The notes beneath the pieces were generated by a model, which did no database searches, was not told the DNA's origin, and saw nothing but the letters and a program-made list of their open reading frames with translations. Made by a program: the position numbers and the translations under genes. Shown piece by piece: positions 63,781 through 64,000 of a DNA stretch of 64,000 nucleotides. Location: positions 43,090,001 through 43,154,000 of the forward strand of contig NC_043009.1 in assembly GCF_006345805.1 (NCBI RefSeq), in the 5' to 3' direction. The first letter of the stretch is position 1. The number at the start of each line of letters is the position of its first letter. Source of the stretch: Octopus sinensis (lineage: Eukaryota).

Positions 63781-63861
63781 ATATATATAACATAAAAATA
63801 TGATGCATTGCCGTTGGCATATGTGTTCGGGCGTACGCGCATGTGTGGTGTACACATGTGA

Positions 63862-64000
63862 CTCAGTGGTTAAGGTGTTGCACTCAAGATCATAAGAATG
63901 TGCCTTCGATTCCTGGATCGGGTGATGCATTGTATTCTTGAGCAAAACACTTCATTACTCGTTGCTCCATTCCATTCAGCTTGCAAAATTGAGTAATCCT
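63862..64000 (+). mobile_element. Family D SINE 5' part (runs off the window)
   Basis: CTCAGTGGTTAAGG..TTCGATTCC..TTCTTGAGCAAAACACTTCAT. Confidence 0.7.

Overview
AT-rich, microsatellite-dense animal DNA. The repeat repertoire suggests an octopus or other coleoid cephalopod, which is an inference from the SINE, RTE and Penelope families present. No host protein-coding gene can be identified with confidence, and most ORF-track entries are translations of (TA)n/(CA)n/trinucleotide repeats. The window holds many tRNA-derived SINEs (at least 4 families) and one long RTE-clade LINE fragment (49.0-51.3 kb) whose reverse transcriptase carries an embedded C4HC3 PHD finger and whose 3' UTR has a strict A/B dimeric 60-bp array. 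It also holds fragments of RTE, R4/Dong, CR1/L2-group, Penelope (GIY-YIG) and mariner elements, hAT- and piggyBac-type MITEs, and a U6 snRNA pseudogene fused to a LINE 3' tail. The most striking signal is a set of minimal type I hammerhead ribozyme motifs, several beside Penelope endonuclease remnants. One of these sits in a tRNA-headed (Pol III) SINE-like element present at 26.0 and 53.4 kb, and both insertions show the same inverted-terminus architecture typical of Penelope-mediated integration. Repeat boundaries were set by eye and are approximate.
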